DNA from: Bacteroidia bacterium
GTDB lineage: Bacteria > Bacteroidota > Bacteroidia > Bacteroidales > VadinHA17
NCBI GenBank assembly: GCA_026391555.1
Contig: JAPLEB010000093.1
Span: 16,821 to 80,820 of the forward strand
Direction: 5' to 3'
DNA length: 64,000 bases
Part shown: positions 29,395 to 38,843 of the stretch, piece by piece
Position numbering within the stretch: the first letter of the stretch is position 1
How the letters are laid out: every line of letters starts with the position of its first letter
Translations under genes and position numbers: made by a program
Notes under the pieces: model-generated
Databases searched by the model: none
Seen by the model: only the letters and a program-made list of their open reading frames with translations
What the model was told of the DNA's origin: nothing

Positions 29395-30822
29395 CTATTT
29401 AAGAAAAATGGAAATGCTCTGGTTAATAAGATCAACCAAAAAGGGCGGTTGATAAAAGCACATAATAATCACTACTCCGAGAAGCACAAATTGGCTAATG
29501 GTTTCAGCAGGGTTAACTTTATCAGGTGGTCTCAGACTATCTTCATTTCTGGGGTCGGAAAAGATAATGTGCATGATCCTGGTGCTCATAGCATAGATTA
29601 CAAAGCAAAGTAGCAAAATTGTAATAATCAGGATGAACCATTGATCATTGAAAACCAACCCTTTAAATATCATAAACTCCATAATAAACAATCCCGACGG
29701 CGGAATGGCAAGAATGCAAATCATTCCTATAATAAGTACCAGGGCGCCAGCCGGGTAAAGTTTCATATATCTGCCGCTTTCATCTAATTTGAACGTATGG
29801 AGGACCCGTGACAACTGCCCCATTTGATAAAAAAGACTTGATTTTGTTAATGAATGTAACACTAACAGAAGCAGCGCAGCATAATAACCAACACCCCCGA
29901 CACCAACAGCTATGGCTACTAAGCCCATGTTTTCAAGACTTGAATATGCAAGCATACGCTTAAGATGTTTTGCTTTAAGCATATATCCTGCGGCAATTAA
30001 CAAAGACAATATTCCTGCAAGGATAAGAACATGATTCATGAAAGGCAAAATAGGTGATGAAGAAAACAAAGTATAAACACGAAAAATAGCCAGAAAACCG
30101 ACATTCATCAATGTTGTGGAAATTAAAGCGCTTATTGGAGGCGGCGCTACAGAATGTGCATCAATGGTAACAGTATGCATGGGAAAAAGTCCCATCTTCG
30201 TGCTGAAGCCAACCAGAACAAAAATAAATGCAATTTTCAGATACATGGGGTTGGCCTGATTAATAATATTGGCTAAAGATGTAAAAGAAAGATTAGCAGC
30301 ATCTTCCCGGCCATAAATAAATCCTAAAAACAAAATACCCAGGTAAGCCAGAGCTATCCCTGTTGAACAGATAAAAACATATTTCCATGTTGCTTCAAGC
30401 GCCATTTCGGTGCGGTCGTGATATATCAGGGCTGCAACAGCCAATGAGGTAGCTTCGACAAAAATCCATAAAACAGTCATTCCATTTGCCAGGTATGCAC
30501 CCGACATAAAAGTCATTAAAGCAATCAGGGCAGCATGATAAATATTATATTTTTTTACATCGTCACCGGCTGCATAAATAAATCCATGATAAACAGTTGG
30601 AATAGCTAAAAACGATAAAACTGAAAGTAATAACACCCCGGCGCTGTTATAAGTGAAATAGCTCAATTCGGTTTTATTTAAGTTAGTCCAGCAATAGAGA
30701 GTAAAAGCAATGTGCATCAATGCGAAACCGAGGGTTATAATTTTAGTAATAGTTTTACTTTTAAGTAAGACTATCGAGATACACATAAGTGATGAAATGA
30801 TAAAAAAGCATAAAAGCGTCAT
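29395..30822 (-). CDS. hyfF: Antiporter-like membrane subunit (HyfF-like)
   Basis: WIFVEATS, EATWKY, KMGLFPMH...DAHS.APPP, KRMLAYSSLENMG. Confidence 0.85.
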   Translation of the reverse strand: MTLLCFFIISSLMCISIVLLKSKTITKIITLGFALMHIAFTLYCWTNLNKTELSYFTYNSAGVLLLSVLSFLAIPTVYHGFIYAAGDDVKKYNIYHAALIALMTFMSGAYLANGMTVLWIFVEATSLAVAALIYHDRTEMALEATWKYVFICSTGIALAYLGILFLGFIYGREDAANLSFTSLANIINQANPMYLKIAFIFVLVGFSTKMGLFPMHTVTIDAHSVAPPPISALISTTLMNVGFLAIFRVYTLFSSSPILPFMNHVLILAGILSLLIAAGYMLKAKHLKRMLAYSSLENMGLVAIAVGVGGVGYYAALLLLVLHSLTKSSLFYQMGQLSRVLHTFKLDESGRYMKLYPAGALVLIIGMICILAIPPSGLFIMEFMIFKGLVFNDQWFILIITILLLCFVIYAMSTRIMHIIFSDPRNEDSLRPPDKVNPAETISQFVLLGVVIIMCFYQPPFLVDLINQSISIFLK

Positions 30823-30825
30823 CTT

Positions 30826-31440
30826 TTAATCTTTTAGCGTTGTTAATTCGTTAGTATGCGGTTTGAGTCGTAATCCAAAAAAACCAAGAATCAGAACTCC
30901 AGCAAAAATGTCAAGTAATATCCCAATATTGATCAACATAGGCATTTTATTTCCAACAGCAAGTGAAAACATAAAAATCGCGTTTTCAATAATTAAAAAA
31001 CCTATGAGATGTGAGATTATCAGTCTATGGGTTACTATCAGCAACAATCCGGTAAATAAAGTAAAGAGAGCTATTGCCATATATATTGTATTGATAAAAG
31101 GATTAATAAGAGAATTAGCCAATACAACACTTATCAATAATGCAAAAATTGATAAAATCAGCAAATAAAATCCGGGCATTGCCTGATGGTGCACTTTAGA
31201 TACGCCGGAACGATTAATGATCCTGACCAGAAGATATGGAATCAATAAAGCCTTAAAAACCAAAGACTCTGAGGCAATAAATATCAGGTTAACAGTACTG
31301 ACTTCCTTTAGCTCAATTAAAGCTATACCACAAAGTAATAATCCCTGCAATCCAATCAGCCTGGAATAAATTATTAATCGCTCAGCAGAAGCAAAATATA
31401 CCAGGGTTATAGCAAACAAAACTATCAGATAATTTACCAT
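30826..31440 (-). CDS. hyfE: Membrane subunit (HyfE-like)
   Basis: FKALLIP, GFLIIENAI, GILLDIF; ~7 TM; position in operon. Confidence 0.82.
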   Translation of the reverse strand: MVNYLIVLFAITLVYFASAERLIIYSRLIGLQGLLLCGIALIELKEVSTVNLIFIASESLVFKALLIPYLLVRIINRSGVSKVHHQAMPGFYLLILSIFALLISVVLANSLINPFINTIYMAIALFTLFTGLLLIVTHRLIISHLIGFLIIENAIFMFSLAVGNKMPMLINIGILLDIFAGVLILGFFGLRLKPHTNELTTLKD

Positions 31441-31449
31441 ATCTCGTTA

Positions 31450-32361
31450 CTATATCAATTTATTAGTCAATATTAAAATTACCACAAAAGCTATCCATGC
31501 AATTGCAGAGATGGTAAGAATGAACTTGGGATTTAAATTCATTTTATTCCGTGCCCTGAACGATTCTATCAGGCCGATGATAATTGCAAATACCACCTGA
31601 ACTGCCAGAAATAAACCAGTTTGCAAAAATATGTTCCATCCGGCAGGCACTATGACATTGTACATTAATGAACCATAAATTGCAAATTTCAGGTACGACC
31701 CTAAATGAATTATTGCTTTATCAAAACCGCTGTTATCCAATATCATCACCTCATGTATCATTGTGAGTTCGAGATGTGTTTTGGGGTCATCGACAGGGAG
31801 CCTGCTGTTTTCGATCATGGCTATCTGGACAAATAAATAAAATCCTATAATACTGTATATCAACACATAATGATCTCCTGTAAGAAAGAAGTGGCTAAAG
31901 ATATCCGAGAATGAAGTAAAACCGGTAAACATGGCAAAAGTGGCCAGCAAAATAAAAAATGCAGGTTCCACAAGCATTGAGAAAAATGCTTCGCGATTGG
32001 CTCCCATCCCCCCGAAACTGCTGCCGGTATCAAGAGCAGCAAGAATAGTAAAAAACTTTCCGAAAGCAAGCAGGTAAGAGAAGAAAATAAAATCTCCTTC
32101 AAACGAAATAAGAGCCCTCTGATTTGCAAATGGTATTACAAGTGAAGCACACAAAGTACCTGACAATGCAACAACAGGCGCTATCTGAAATATTATTCCT
32201 GAGGTCTTGCTGAAAACACTTCCTTTCCTCACCAGCACTCCAATATCTTTTATAGGCTGAAGTATTCCGGGACCTTTGCGTCCTGAAGTAATGCTTTTTG
32301 TTCGTAATATTATGCCGGGAAAAAAGAAAGCTGCAATTAAAATCAAAACAAATCCTATCAT
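31450..32361 (-). CDS. hyfC: NuoH/HyfC-like membrane subunit
   Basis: GRKGPGILQP, ALDTGSSFGGMGANRE, ENSRLPVDDPKTHLELTMIHE. Confidence 0.87.
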   Translation of the reverse strand: MIGFVLILIAAFFFPGIILRTKSITSGRKGPGILQPIKDIGVLVRKGSVFSKTSGIIFQIAPVVALSGTLCASLVIPFANQRALISFEGDFIFFSYLLAFGKFFTILAALDTGSSFGGMGANREAFFSMLVEPAFFILLATFAMFTGFTSFSDIFSHFFLTGDHYVLIYSIIGFYLFVQIAMIENSRLPVDDPKTHLELTMIHEVMILDNSGFDKAIIHLGSYLKFAIYGSLMYNVIVPAGWNIFLQTGLFLAVQVVFAIIIGLIESFRARNKMNLNPKFILTISAIAWIAFVVILILTNKLI

Positions 32362-32363
32362 AC

Positions 32364-34355
32364 TCAGATAAGGTTAAAATAGGTTAACAAAAAGACAAGC
32401 AGCATAAATACAAACGCATATAGAATGTAATGCTGTATTTGTCCGGTCTGCATTACTGCAATTTTTTTAAGAAGAGATGAAAACCAATCTATCGGTTTGT
32501 CAATAAGAAGCTTTTTGAAAATATCATCACTATGCGACACAAAGGTTCTTTTGCCGGGAAATATTTCATCTTCCCGGATGTCAACCATTATTTTTTTTGT
32601 CTGGAGCAATGGTTTTACAAGATGATTGTAATTATAGGCATATGATGTTGCAGTATATTGTTGTTTAAAGGTGCCTGCAGTATAGCCGCAACCCCATGTT
32701 GGGCCGACATCAATTTGTTTGGTCTTGAGATGGAAATGCCTGTAAACGAGCAATATAATAATCGTAATAACAAAAATTCCACTCAGAATGCTTATTTGCG
32801 TGAGGTTATTGACAGAAGCTGCTGCTGCTATATTTGTATCGGGTATATTGAAAGCCGATGATACTATATTAAAAACAGGTTTCACAAAGAAGACTGAGGC
32901 TAATCCTATCAGCATTATAAAAGCTATGGTTATGAATTGAGGGAAAATCATCACCCGGCTTACTTCTTTAGCCATTGATGCTTTTTCTGAACGTGGTTCT
33001 CCAAGGAAGACTATTCCAAACGCTTTAGTAAAACAGAAAATTGCCAGTCCCCCGATTAGGGCAAGTCCGACAATGCTTGACAGTATTACAATAGATTGAT
33101 ATAAGTTGGCTGCTGACAGGCTTTTAAACATGCCAACGTAAATAAGATATTCTGAAATAAAACCGTTGAAGGGAGGCAGACCGCAGATAGCTAAAGAACC
33201 TATTAAAAAGAGAATTGCTGTATATGGCATTTTCTTCATTAAACCGCCAAGATGTTCAATGTTTCGTGTATGTGTGGCCGTGTACACCGAGCCTGCATTA
33301 AAAAAGAGAAGAGATTTGAATAAAGAATGATTCAACACATGTAGTAAGCCCCCGCTGAAACCGAGCAGGCTTAATGCGATATTTTTTGTAGCAAGGCCTA
33401 TCACCCCCAATCCAATTCCGATACCTATAATACCAATATTCTCAATGCTATGGTATGCCAGCAATCGCTTAAGATCATGCTGAACGATAGCCATCATTAC
33501 GCCAAGCACACCTGATATTAGAGAAACTGACAGAATGATGAGGCCAATCAAAAGCAGATCATTCTGAACCGACATAAGAACCCTTAAAATACCATAAATG
33601 CCCATTTTTATCATTACCCCCGACATTACACCCGATACATGCGATGGAGCTGCAGGGTGAGCTTCGGGGAGCCATGTATGCAAGGGAATAAAACCGGCCT
33701 TTATTCCAAACCCGATAAAAAACAGGATAAAAAGCAGAAAATTAGAATGGCTTGAGAAATATAGCCTGAGAGCATCAAAGCTCATTTGCCCGGTTGCTTT
33801 ATCAACAATTAAAAAGCTGATTAAGATAAAAAACATGCCTACATGCATCTGTATCAGGTAACTGATACCTGTTTTCATTATAGTGCGGTCTTCTGCATCA
33901 AAAATCACCAGGAGGAACGAAGACAGAGCCATTAATTCCCAGACAATTAGAAACGACAAGCCATCGCGGATCATAACTACCATTATCATCGAAAGGTAGA
34001 GCCACAGGTACGAGAAGTAATGTATTGAAAAATGTAACGCGTTTTTGCTTTGATAATACGACTGGAGGTATCCCCTGGCATAAAGGAACCCTATAAAAAC
34101 AGTTATATTAACCACGATGATAAAGAATGCAGAAAGCTTGTCAATTATAAAGACAAGACCGTTTTGCAGGAAAGGTAATTTTAGCTGTATTTCAAGTATT
34201 TGTTTATCATTTGAAACCAATTCAAAGCACCACATTGAGCTTAATATGATCCCACTTGTAAGCAAAAACAGTGTATAGAAATACTTTAGAGATTTGGGAA
34301 TAAAAAAAACAGCGAATGACAGAAGTAAGATAATAAAAAATAATAATGTATTCAT
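32364..34355 (-). CDS. hyfB: Antiporter-like membrane subunit (HyfB-like)
   Basis: WELMALSS, KAGFIPLHTWLPEAHPAAPSHVS, KRLLAYHSIENIG, GLPPFNGFISE, TWGCGY. Confidence 0.87.
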   Translation of the reverse strand: MNTLLFFIILLLSFAVFFIPKSLKYFYTLFLLTSGIILSSMWCFELVSNDKQILEIQLKLPFLQNGLVFIIDKLSAFFIIVVNITVFIGFLYARGYLQSYYQSKNALHFSIHYFSYLWLYLSMIMVVMIRDGLSFLIVWELMALSSFLLVIFDAEDRTIMKTGISYLIQMHVGMFFILISFLIVDKATGQMSFDALRLYFSSHSNFLLFILFFIGFGIKAGFIPLHTWLPEAHPAAPSHVSGVMSGVMIKMGIYGILRVLMSVQNDLLLIGLIILSVSLISGVLGVMMAIVQHDLKRLLAYHSIENIGIIGIGIGLGVIGLATKNIALSLLGFSGGLLHVLNHSLFKSLLFFNAGSVYTATHTRNIEHLGGLMKKMPYTAILFLIGSLAICGLPPFNGFISEYLIYVGMFKSLSAANLYQSIVILSSIVGLALIGGLAIFCFTKAFGIVFLGEPRSEKASMAKEVSRVMIFPQFITIAFIMLIGLASVFFVKPVFNIVSSAFNIPDTNIAAAASVNNLTQISILSGIFVITIIILLVYRHFHLKTKQIDVGPTWGCGYTAGTFKQQYTATSYAYNYNHLVKPLLQTKKIMVDIREDEIFPGKRTFVSHSDDIFKKLLIDKPIDWFSSLLKKIAVMQTGQIQHYILYAFVFMLLVFLLTYFNLI

Positions 34356-34510
34356 TATTTACAGAAATCTTTTCGAACTGAACAGCAAATTTGTGGCCGC
34401 GAAGGTAAAAAATAATCTCCCTTAATTTTACTTTTTACAGCAAATTCAGCGTAAAAATCTGAGTAATCTGTGTTAATCTGCGAGATCACCGCGCACCGCA
34501 CACCGAACCA

Positions 34511-36001
34511 CTATTTCACATTCAGCTGCATCTTCGCTTCTGCCTCTTTCAGTTCCAGAACTTTGGTTGTGCCTCCGGTTTCGAGATTTATCCCGTGAGG
34601 TTTATTGGTTTTCCATGAGCCTCCGGTAAAGTCAGGTATATCAATTGATTGCGATCTGTTTGCTACGGACCATTCACTTAGTGGTGCGATTGAGCTCCAG
34701 AGAGCACCGTCGTAGACATTCTCATCAAGAGGCAGGCCATTTCGCAAACAGTCAATCAACCGCCAGTCCATAATGAAGTCCATGCCGCCATGTCCACCGA
34801 CTTTCTTTGCCATTTCCCCTACCCTCTTCACAATTTCAGGAGTATATTTATCCTGTACCTCTTTCATCTCATCATCCTTTAACCAGCTATGCCCCAAGGC
34901 TATACGCTCCTCGGGATACTTCATTGCACCACCGGCAGTACCACTAACAACATGCAGCCTTGAATAGGGCCGAACCGATGAAACATCGTGCTGTATCATT
35001 ATTGTCCTGCCGTTACTGGTTTTTACCAGGGAAGTATTCATATTACCACGGAAGTTTTTATTTGCGTAGGGAGCAAAGAAAGAGTCACCTGCGGCAAGCA
35101 GATTTGCATGTTTCCCCATAGTAAAATCTATTGTCGACATGGAAGTAAGATAATCCATCTTATCGCCACGGTTTATATTCATTATCTGGCAAATAGGCCC
35201 CAGTCCATGTGTCGGATAGAGGTTACCGTTCCGGGTAGCATTCTCTTTCAGACGCCACATATCGGTATAAGCACCATCGGATTGTTTATCATCAAGCGGT
35301 TTCTTGAAGTTATATCCCATAAGGTTGTGAATATAAGCGCCTTCACCATGAACAAGATCACCAAACAAGCCCTGGCGGGCCATATTAAGAGTAAGGAGTT
35401 CGAAGAAATCATAACAGCAGTTTTCAAGCATCATGCAATGCTTTTTGGTTCTTTCCGAAGTCTCCACAAGTTGCCATGCATCATCAATAGTGCGTGCAAT
35501 TGGTACTTCGCAGGCAACATGTTTTCCGTTCTCCATTGCATAAACCGAGATAGGTGTGTGCAATATCCATGGGGTACATGTATAGATAAGATCAAGGTCA
35601 GGAAGCTCCACTAGATTTTTCCAGCTGTTTTCATCGCCAAAAAACTCCCGGGCAGCAGGTCTTCCGATACTTGTGAGGTACTTCTGTGAACCTTCCACTG
35701 CTACCTTTCGGAGATCGCCCAAAGCTGTTATCTCAACACCCTCAATATAGGATAACCGTTTAACGGCTCCGCTTCCCCTGTCGCCCAGACCGATAACACC
35801 AACTCTTACTAAAGGAAGAGCAGGCGCTGCATAACCGCACATATTAAAACGCTGTGAATGAGATTTTTTAACTGATTCCAGAATACCTGCCATATTTGAT
35901 TCGGGTTGTTTTGAAATACAACCGGGTATTAAACCACCAGTCATGGCTCCTGCACCGGCGAATGTTGCTGTCTTTAAAAAATTACGGCGATTACTTGTCA
36001 T
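34511..36001 (-). CDS. Tat-exported NAD-dependent GH109 glycosidase (alpha-N-acetylgalactosaminidase-like, Gfo/Idh/MocA fold)
   Basis: RRNFL Tat motif; GLGDRG, MMLENCCY, YPTHGLGP, GGHGGMD. Confidence 0.88.
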   Translation of the reverse strand: MTSNRRNFLKTATFAGAGAMTGGLIPGCISKQPESNMAGILESVKKSHSQRFNMCGYAAPALPLVRVGVIGLGDRGSGAVKRLSYIEGVEITALGDLRKVAVEGSQKYLTSIGRPAAREFFGDENSWKNLVELPDLDLIYTCTPWILHTPISVYAMENGKHVACEVPIARTIDDAWQLVETSERTKKHCMMLENCCYDFFELLTLNMARQGLFGDLVHGEGAYIHNLMGYNFKKPLDDKQSDGAYTDMWRLKENATRNGNLYPTHGLGPICQIMNINRGDKMDYLTSMSTIDFTMGKHANLLAAGDSFFAPYANKNFRGNMNTSLVKTSNGRTIMIQHDVSSVRPYSRLHVVSGTAGGAMKYPEERIALGHSWLKDDEMKEVQDKYTPEIVKRVGEMAKKVGGHGGMDFIMDWRLIDCLRNGLPLDENVYDGALWSSIAPLSEWSVANRSQSIDIPDFTGGSWKTNKPHGINLETGGTTKVLELKEAEAKMQLNVK

Positions 36002-36024
36002 GATGAAAGTATTTTCAGGTTAGA

Positions 36025-36162
36025 TCAAAAAATTAATCCACCGCAAATTAATACTTTATTATAAAATTCTATGACCTTTGAAGATTCATTTTCCCAATTT
36101 ACAGATTCTGAAGCGAAAATAGAATTTTTATTTAAATCGGAAAGGAAGTTTCGGTTATCTCT
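36025..36162 (-). pseudogene. Displaced/duplicated 3' fragment of the GT4 glycosyltransferase gene
   Basis: Translates as RDNRNFLSDLNKNSIFASESVNWENESSKVIEFYNKV..., versus RDDRCLLSELKKNSIIASESVNWENESSKVVEFYNKV in 38836..39981. Confidence 0.85.
36056..36129. repeat. Direct repeat copy A (74 bp, 2 mismatches to 38858-38931)
   Basis: TTATTATAAAATTCTA(T/C)GACCTTTGAAGATTCATTTTCCCAATTTACAGATTCTGAAGCGA(A/T)AATAGAATTTTT; offset 2802 bp. Confidence 0.95.
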
Positions 36163-36203
36163 GGGGCTCCGGTTCAGGGGGCATAAGGCGGTTAGTCTTC
36201 TTG

Positions 36204-36315
36204 GTTCCCCTCCTGGGAGAGCCTGCCCCGCTTCGGCGGGGGGCACAAGGGGTGGGTTTTATCGGGTAAAGGATAAGCAATCTGCAACCTGCCTACGATA
36301 AAGCTTCGGCAGCCA
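36204..36315. repeat. Cluster of REP-like GC-rich hairpins
   Basis: CCCCTCCTGGGAG...AGGGGTGGG enclosing CCCCGC-TTCG-GCGGGG, followed by CCTGCCTACGATAAAGCTTCGGCAG. Confidence 0.55.
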
Positions 36316-36350
36316 ATGCCTGCAACATTTTATATGAATTTCATGTTTAA

Positions 36351-36407
36351 AATATACTATAATCGATTCTTTTAAATATATTTGTAAAGAATAGACTATA
36401 ATCGATT
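36351..36407 (+). promoter_or_regulatory. Promoter of the ATPase gene flanked by an 18-bp direct repeat (putative operator)
   Basis: AATA(T/G)ACTATAATCGATT at 36351-36368 and 36390-36407; -7 box TATATTTG at 36377-36384. Confidence 0.65.
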
Positions 36408-37616
36408 ATGATAAATAGAGAAAAATACTTAGACAGAATCAGGCCTTTCATTAATAAGCCAGTTATTAAAGTAATTACAGGTATAAGAAGGTGTGGGAAA
36501 AGCACTTTTCTTAAAATCCTCATGAATGACCTGTTTGCCAATATAGTTGACCAGAAGAACATCGTTTTCATAAACAAGGATTCTCTGGAATTTGACAGCA
36601 TTATTACATACAATGACCTTAATGTTTTTGTTCTCGAAAAATTTAAAGGGATAAAAGGTGGCAGGTATCTCTTTATTGACGAGGTACAAATGATTAAAAA
36701 TTGGGAGAAAGCAATTGCCGGGTTTTTCGCAGATAATATTGCAGATATTTATGTTACCGGCTCCAATGCAGGATTACTTTCATCTGAATTGGCAACACTA
36801 CTGACAGGCCGATACATTGAATTTAAGATCAACACTCTTGTATTCTCCGAATTTTTGAAATTCAGAAGCAAAACAAATGAAGAAAAGGAGGAGGAATTCG
36901 GTTTATTTCTGAAATATGGCGGATTTCCAGGTATCCATCAGATGGAATTCAGCGATGAAGTAATCAGTCAATATATAAGTTCCATCTATAGCACAATTCT
37001 TCTTAAGGATGTTGTTGCAAAAAATCAGGTTCGCGATGTAGCCCTGCTTGAAAGAATTGTCAGGTACATTGCTGATAATTGTGGAAACATTACTACAGCA
37101 AAAGGAATAAGTAAATATATTAAATCGCAACACTTAAACTGTTCTATTGATACTATCCATAACTATATTGTCTGGCTTACTGATGCTTATGTTGCATTTA
37201 AAGCTATGCGTTACGATATAAAGGGGAAACGTCAACTTGAACTTTATGAAAAATATTTTCTCGGTGATATCGGTTTTATCTTTAGCATACAGGGTAACAA
37301 AACATCCGACATATCAGGTAAACTTGAAAATATTGTATACCTTGAATTACTGTCACGTGGATATTCAGTAAATATTGGAAAACTATATAACCGGGAAGTG
37401 GATTTTATTGCAGTAAAAAATGATCATAAAATGTATATTCAGGTGACTTACCTCCTGTACGATGAAAAAGTTATTGAAAGAGAATTTGGAGTATTGTCGT
37501 CATTAAAAGATAATTATACTAAAATAGTTCTATCTCTTGATAAATATTTTGGTGCCGAGAGAAATGGCATAAGATGGTACAATCTTATTGATTTTTTATT
37601 GATGGAGGACATTTAG
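36408..37616 (+). CDS. AAA+ ATPase (AAA_14 + DUF4143, COG1373-type)
   Basis: GIRRCGKS Walker A, LFIDEVQ Walker B, VTGSNA, LTGR, YGGFP, LENIVYLEL, EVDFIA...YIQV nuclease-like tail. Confidence 0.9.
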   Translation: MINREKYLDRIRPFINKPVIKVITGIRRCGKSTFLKILMNDLFANIVDQKNIVFINKDSLEFDSIITYNDLNVFVLEKFKGIKGGRYLFIDEVQMIKNWEKAIAGFFADNIADIYVTGSNAGLLSSELATLLTGRYIEFKINTLVFSEFLKFRSKTNEEKEEEFGLFLKYGGFPGIHQMEFSDEVISQYISSIYSTILLKDVVAKNQVRDVALLERIVRYIADNCGNITTAKGISKYIKSQHLNCSIDTIHNYIVWLTDAYVAFKAMRYDIKGKRQLELYEKYFLGDIGFIFSIQGNKTSDISGKLENIVYLELLSRGYSVNIGKLYNREVDFIAVKNDHKMYIQVTYLLYDEKVIEREFGVLSSLKDNYTKIVLSLDKYFGAERNGIRWYNLIDFLLMEDI

Positions 37617-37683
37617 CAGTCTGAGGTTGAAGTTGAGGTCAACTACCAAGCTGCATGGCTTTTTACTTTCTGCTTTCTACTTC

Positions 37684-37875
37684 TTACTTTATTCTCTGAA
37701 TCGCCCTGTAACCACAATAATTAGTACACAAACCACATTCAGTACACTTATCTTCATCTATTTCAGGTGCACTGAAGGGGGTTTTTTGTGAAATTGCTCC
37801 CGCAGGGCAAATTCTGATTACCGGACAAACATGATTTTGCGGACATTTCGATGCTTCTATTCCAATTGAATTCAT
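37684..37875 (-). CDS. Small 4Fe-4S ferredoxin (CPQNHxCP type)
   Basis: CPQNHVCPVIRICP and CTECGLCTNYC. Confidence 0.85.
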   Translation of the reverse strand: MNSIGIEASKCPQNHVCPVIRICPAGAISQKTPFSAPEIDEDKCTECGLCTNYCGYRAIQRIK

Positions 37876-37882
37876 TTTGTTT

Positions 37883-38134
37883 CTATTTTTCGTTAATATG
37901 AATATCTCTATTAATTTTTTTCTTACCCTTAATTTTCAACAGGAGATCTTTGACTATACTTCCTGCAAGGTACCCAAATGCCAGACCCCATAAAGTACTT
38001 AAATACCAGACCGATTTAATCGGGCAGGTACCCGACTGGCAACCGACAAATTTCCAGTATAGAAATCCGCCAAGTGCTCCTGCAACTGAAAATACTATTA
38101 CTAAAAGATGTTTTTTGATAAATTCTGTCATAAC
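37883..38134 (-). CDS. DUF6132-like small membrane protein (start uncertain)
   Basis: GALGGFLYWKFVGCQSGTCPIKS between two TM helices. Confidence 0.75.
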   Translation of the reverse strand, partial: VMTEFIKKHLLVIVFSVAGALGGFLYWKFVGCQSGTCPIKSVWYLSTLWGLAFGYLAGSIVKDLLLKIKGKKKINRDIHINEK

Positions 38135-38175
38135 CATATTTTGATGCAAAAGTCGCTACATCACAAAATATGGTC

Positions 38176-38191
38176 AGTGACTAAAGTCACA
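38176..38191. promoter_or_regulatory. CRP/FNR-type palindromic binding site
   Basis: AGTGA-CTAAAG-TCACA (GTGAC-N4-GTCAC) between the Crp/Fnr gene and its downstream genes. Confidence 0.65.
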
Positions 38192-38198
38192 GAAGAGA

Positions 38199-38843
38199 CT
38201 ATTTTCGTACGAGACGAGTGTAATCAACTGAATTTCTTTCAGTTATAACAAGATATTTTCTTTCAAGGTTTCTGAGAAGTCTTGAAACAACCTCCCGTGA
38301 GGTATTAAGCTGCAATGCTATTTCCTGGTGGGTTCCCGGGAAAACTGTTTGCCCGGTTGATCTGAACCTCTCCTCAAAAAAACGGATCAGCCGTTCATCG
38401 AGCTTCATAAATGCAATGGAATCTATGGTATCGAGAAGCTCATCAAAACGTTTCCTGTATGAATACATCATCAGTTCTTTCCACGATTTATACTCCGACA
38501 TCCATTTTTCCGGTTTATCTACAGGAATAGTAATAATAACTGAATCTTCTTCTGCAATCATTTTAATATTGCTTTTCTGAAGAACCATGCAACAGGTGAG
38601 CGACATGCTGCAAATCTCACCCCGGTTCAGATAGTACAATAACAATTCGTTTCCCTCCTCTGAAAGACGTACAACCCTCAGACAACCATCAAGAACCATA
38701 GGGAAGAATTTAATGTAGTCCCCCTCTCCAAGTATGCTTTGGTCTATCCTAAGGTTGTGAAGAGTAGAAATAATATTTATTTCGGAAATTAATTCCTTTT
38801 CTAAAAATGGAAATGTTTTCCTTATTAACTCCTGCTTATCCAT
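38199..38843 (-). CDS. Crp/Fnr family transcriptional regulator
   Basis: GNELLLYYL..GEICSMS cNMP-like domain; THQEIALQLNTSREVVSRLL HTH. Confidence 0.92.
   Translation of the reverse strand: MDKQELIRKTFPFLEKELISEINIISTLHNLRIDQSILGEGDYIKFFPMVLDGCLRVVRLSEEGNELLLYYLNRGEICSMSLTCCMVLQKSNIKMIAEEDSVIITIPVDKPEKWMSEYKSWKELMMYSYRKRFDELLDTIDSIAFMKLDERLIRFFEERFRSTGQTVFPGTHQEIALQLNTSREVVSRLLRNLERKYLVITERNSVDYTRLVRK

Noticed and set aside
27087-34355. Functional [NiFe] hydrogenase-4 / formate hydrogenlyase
   Set aside because: Both Ni-binding CxxC motifs are missing and no maturation or fdh genes are in the window
34988-35614. 208-aa plus-strand ORF
   Set aside because: Antisense shadow of the GH109 gene with no recognisable motifs
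36025-36246. 73-aa minus-strand ORF (and the 76-aa plus-strand ORF 36071..36301) as real genes
   Set aside because: Chimera of REP-like hairpin sequence and the displaced GT4 3' fragment; no credible start
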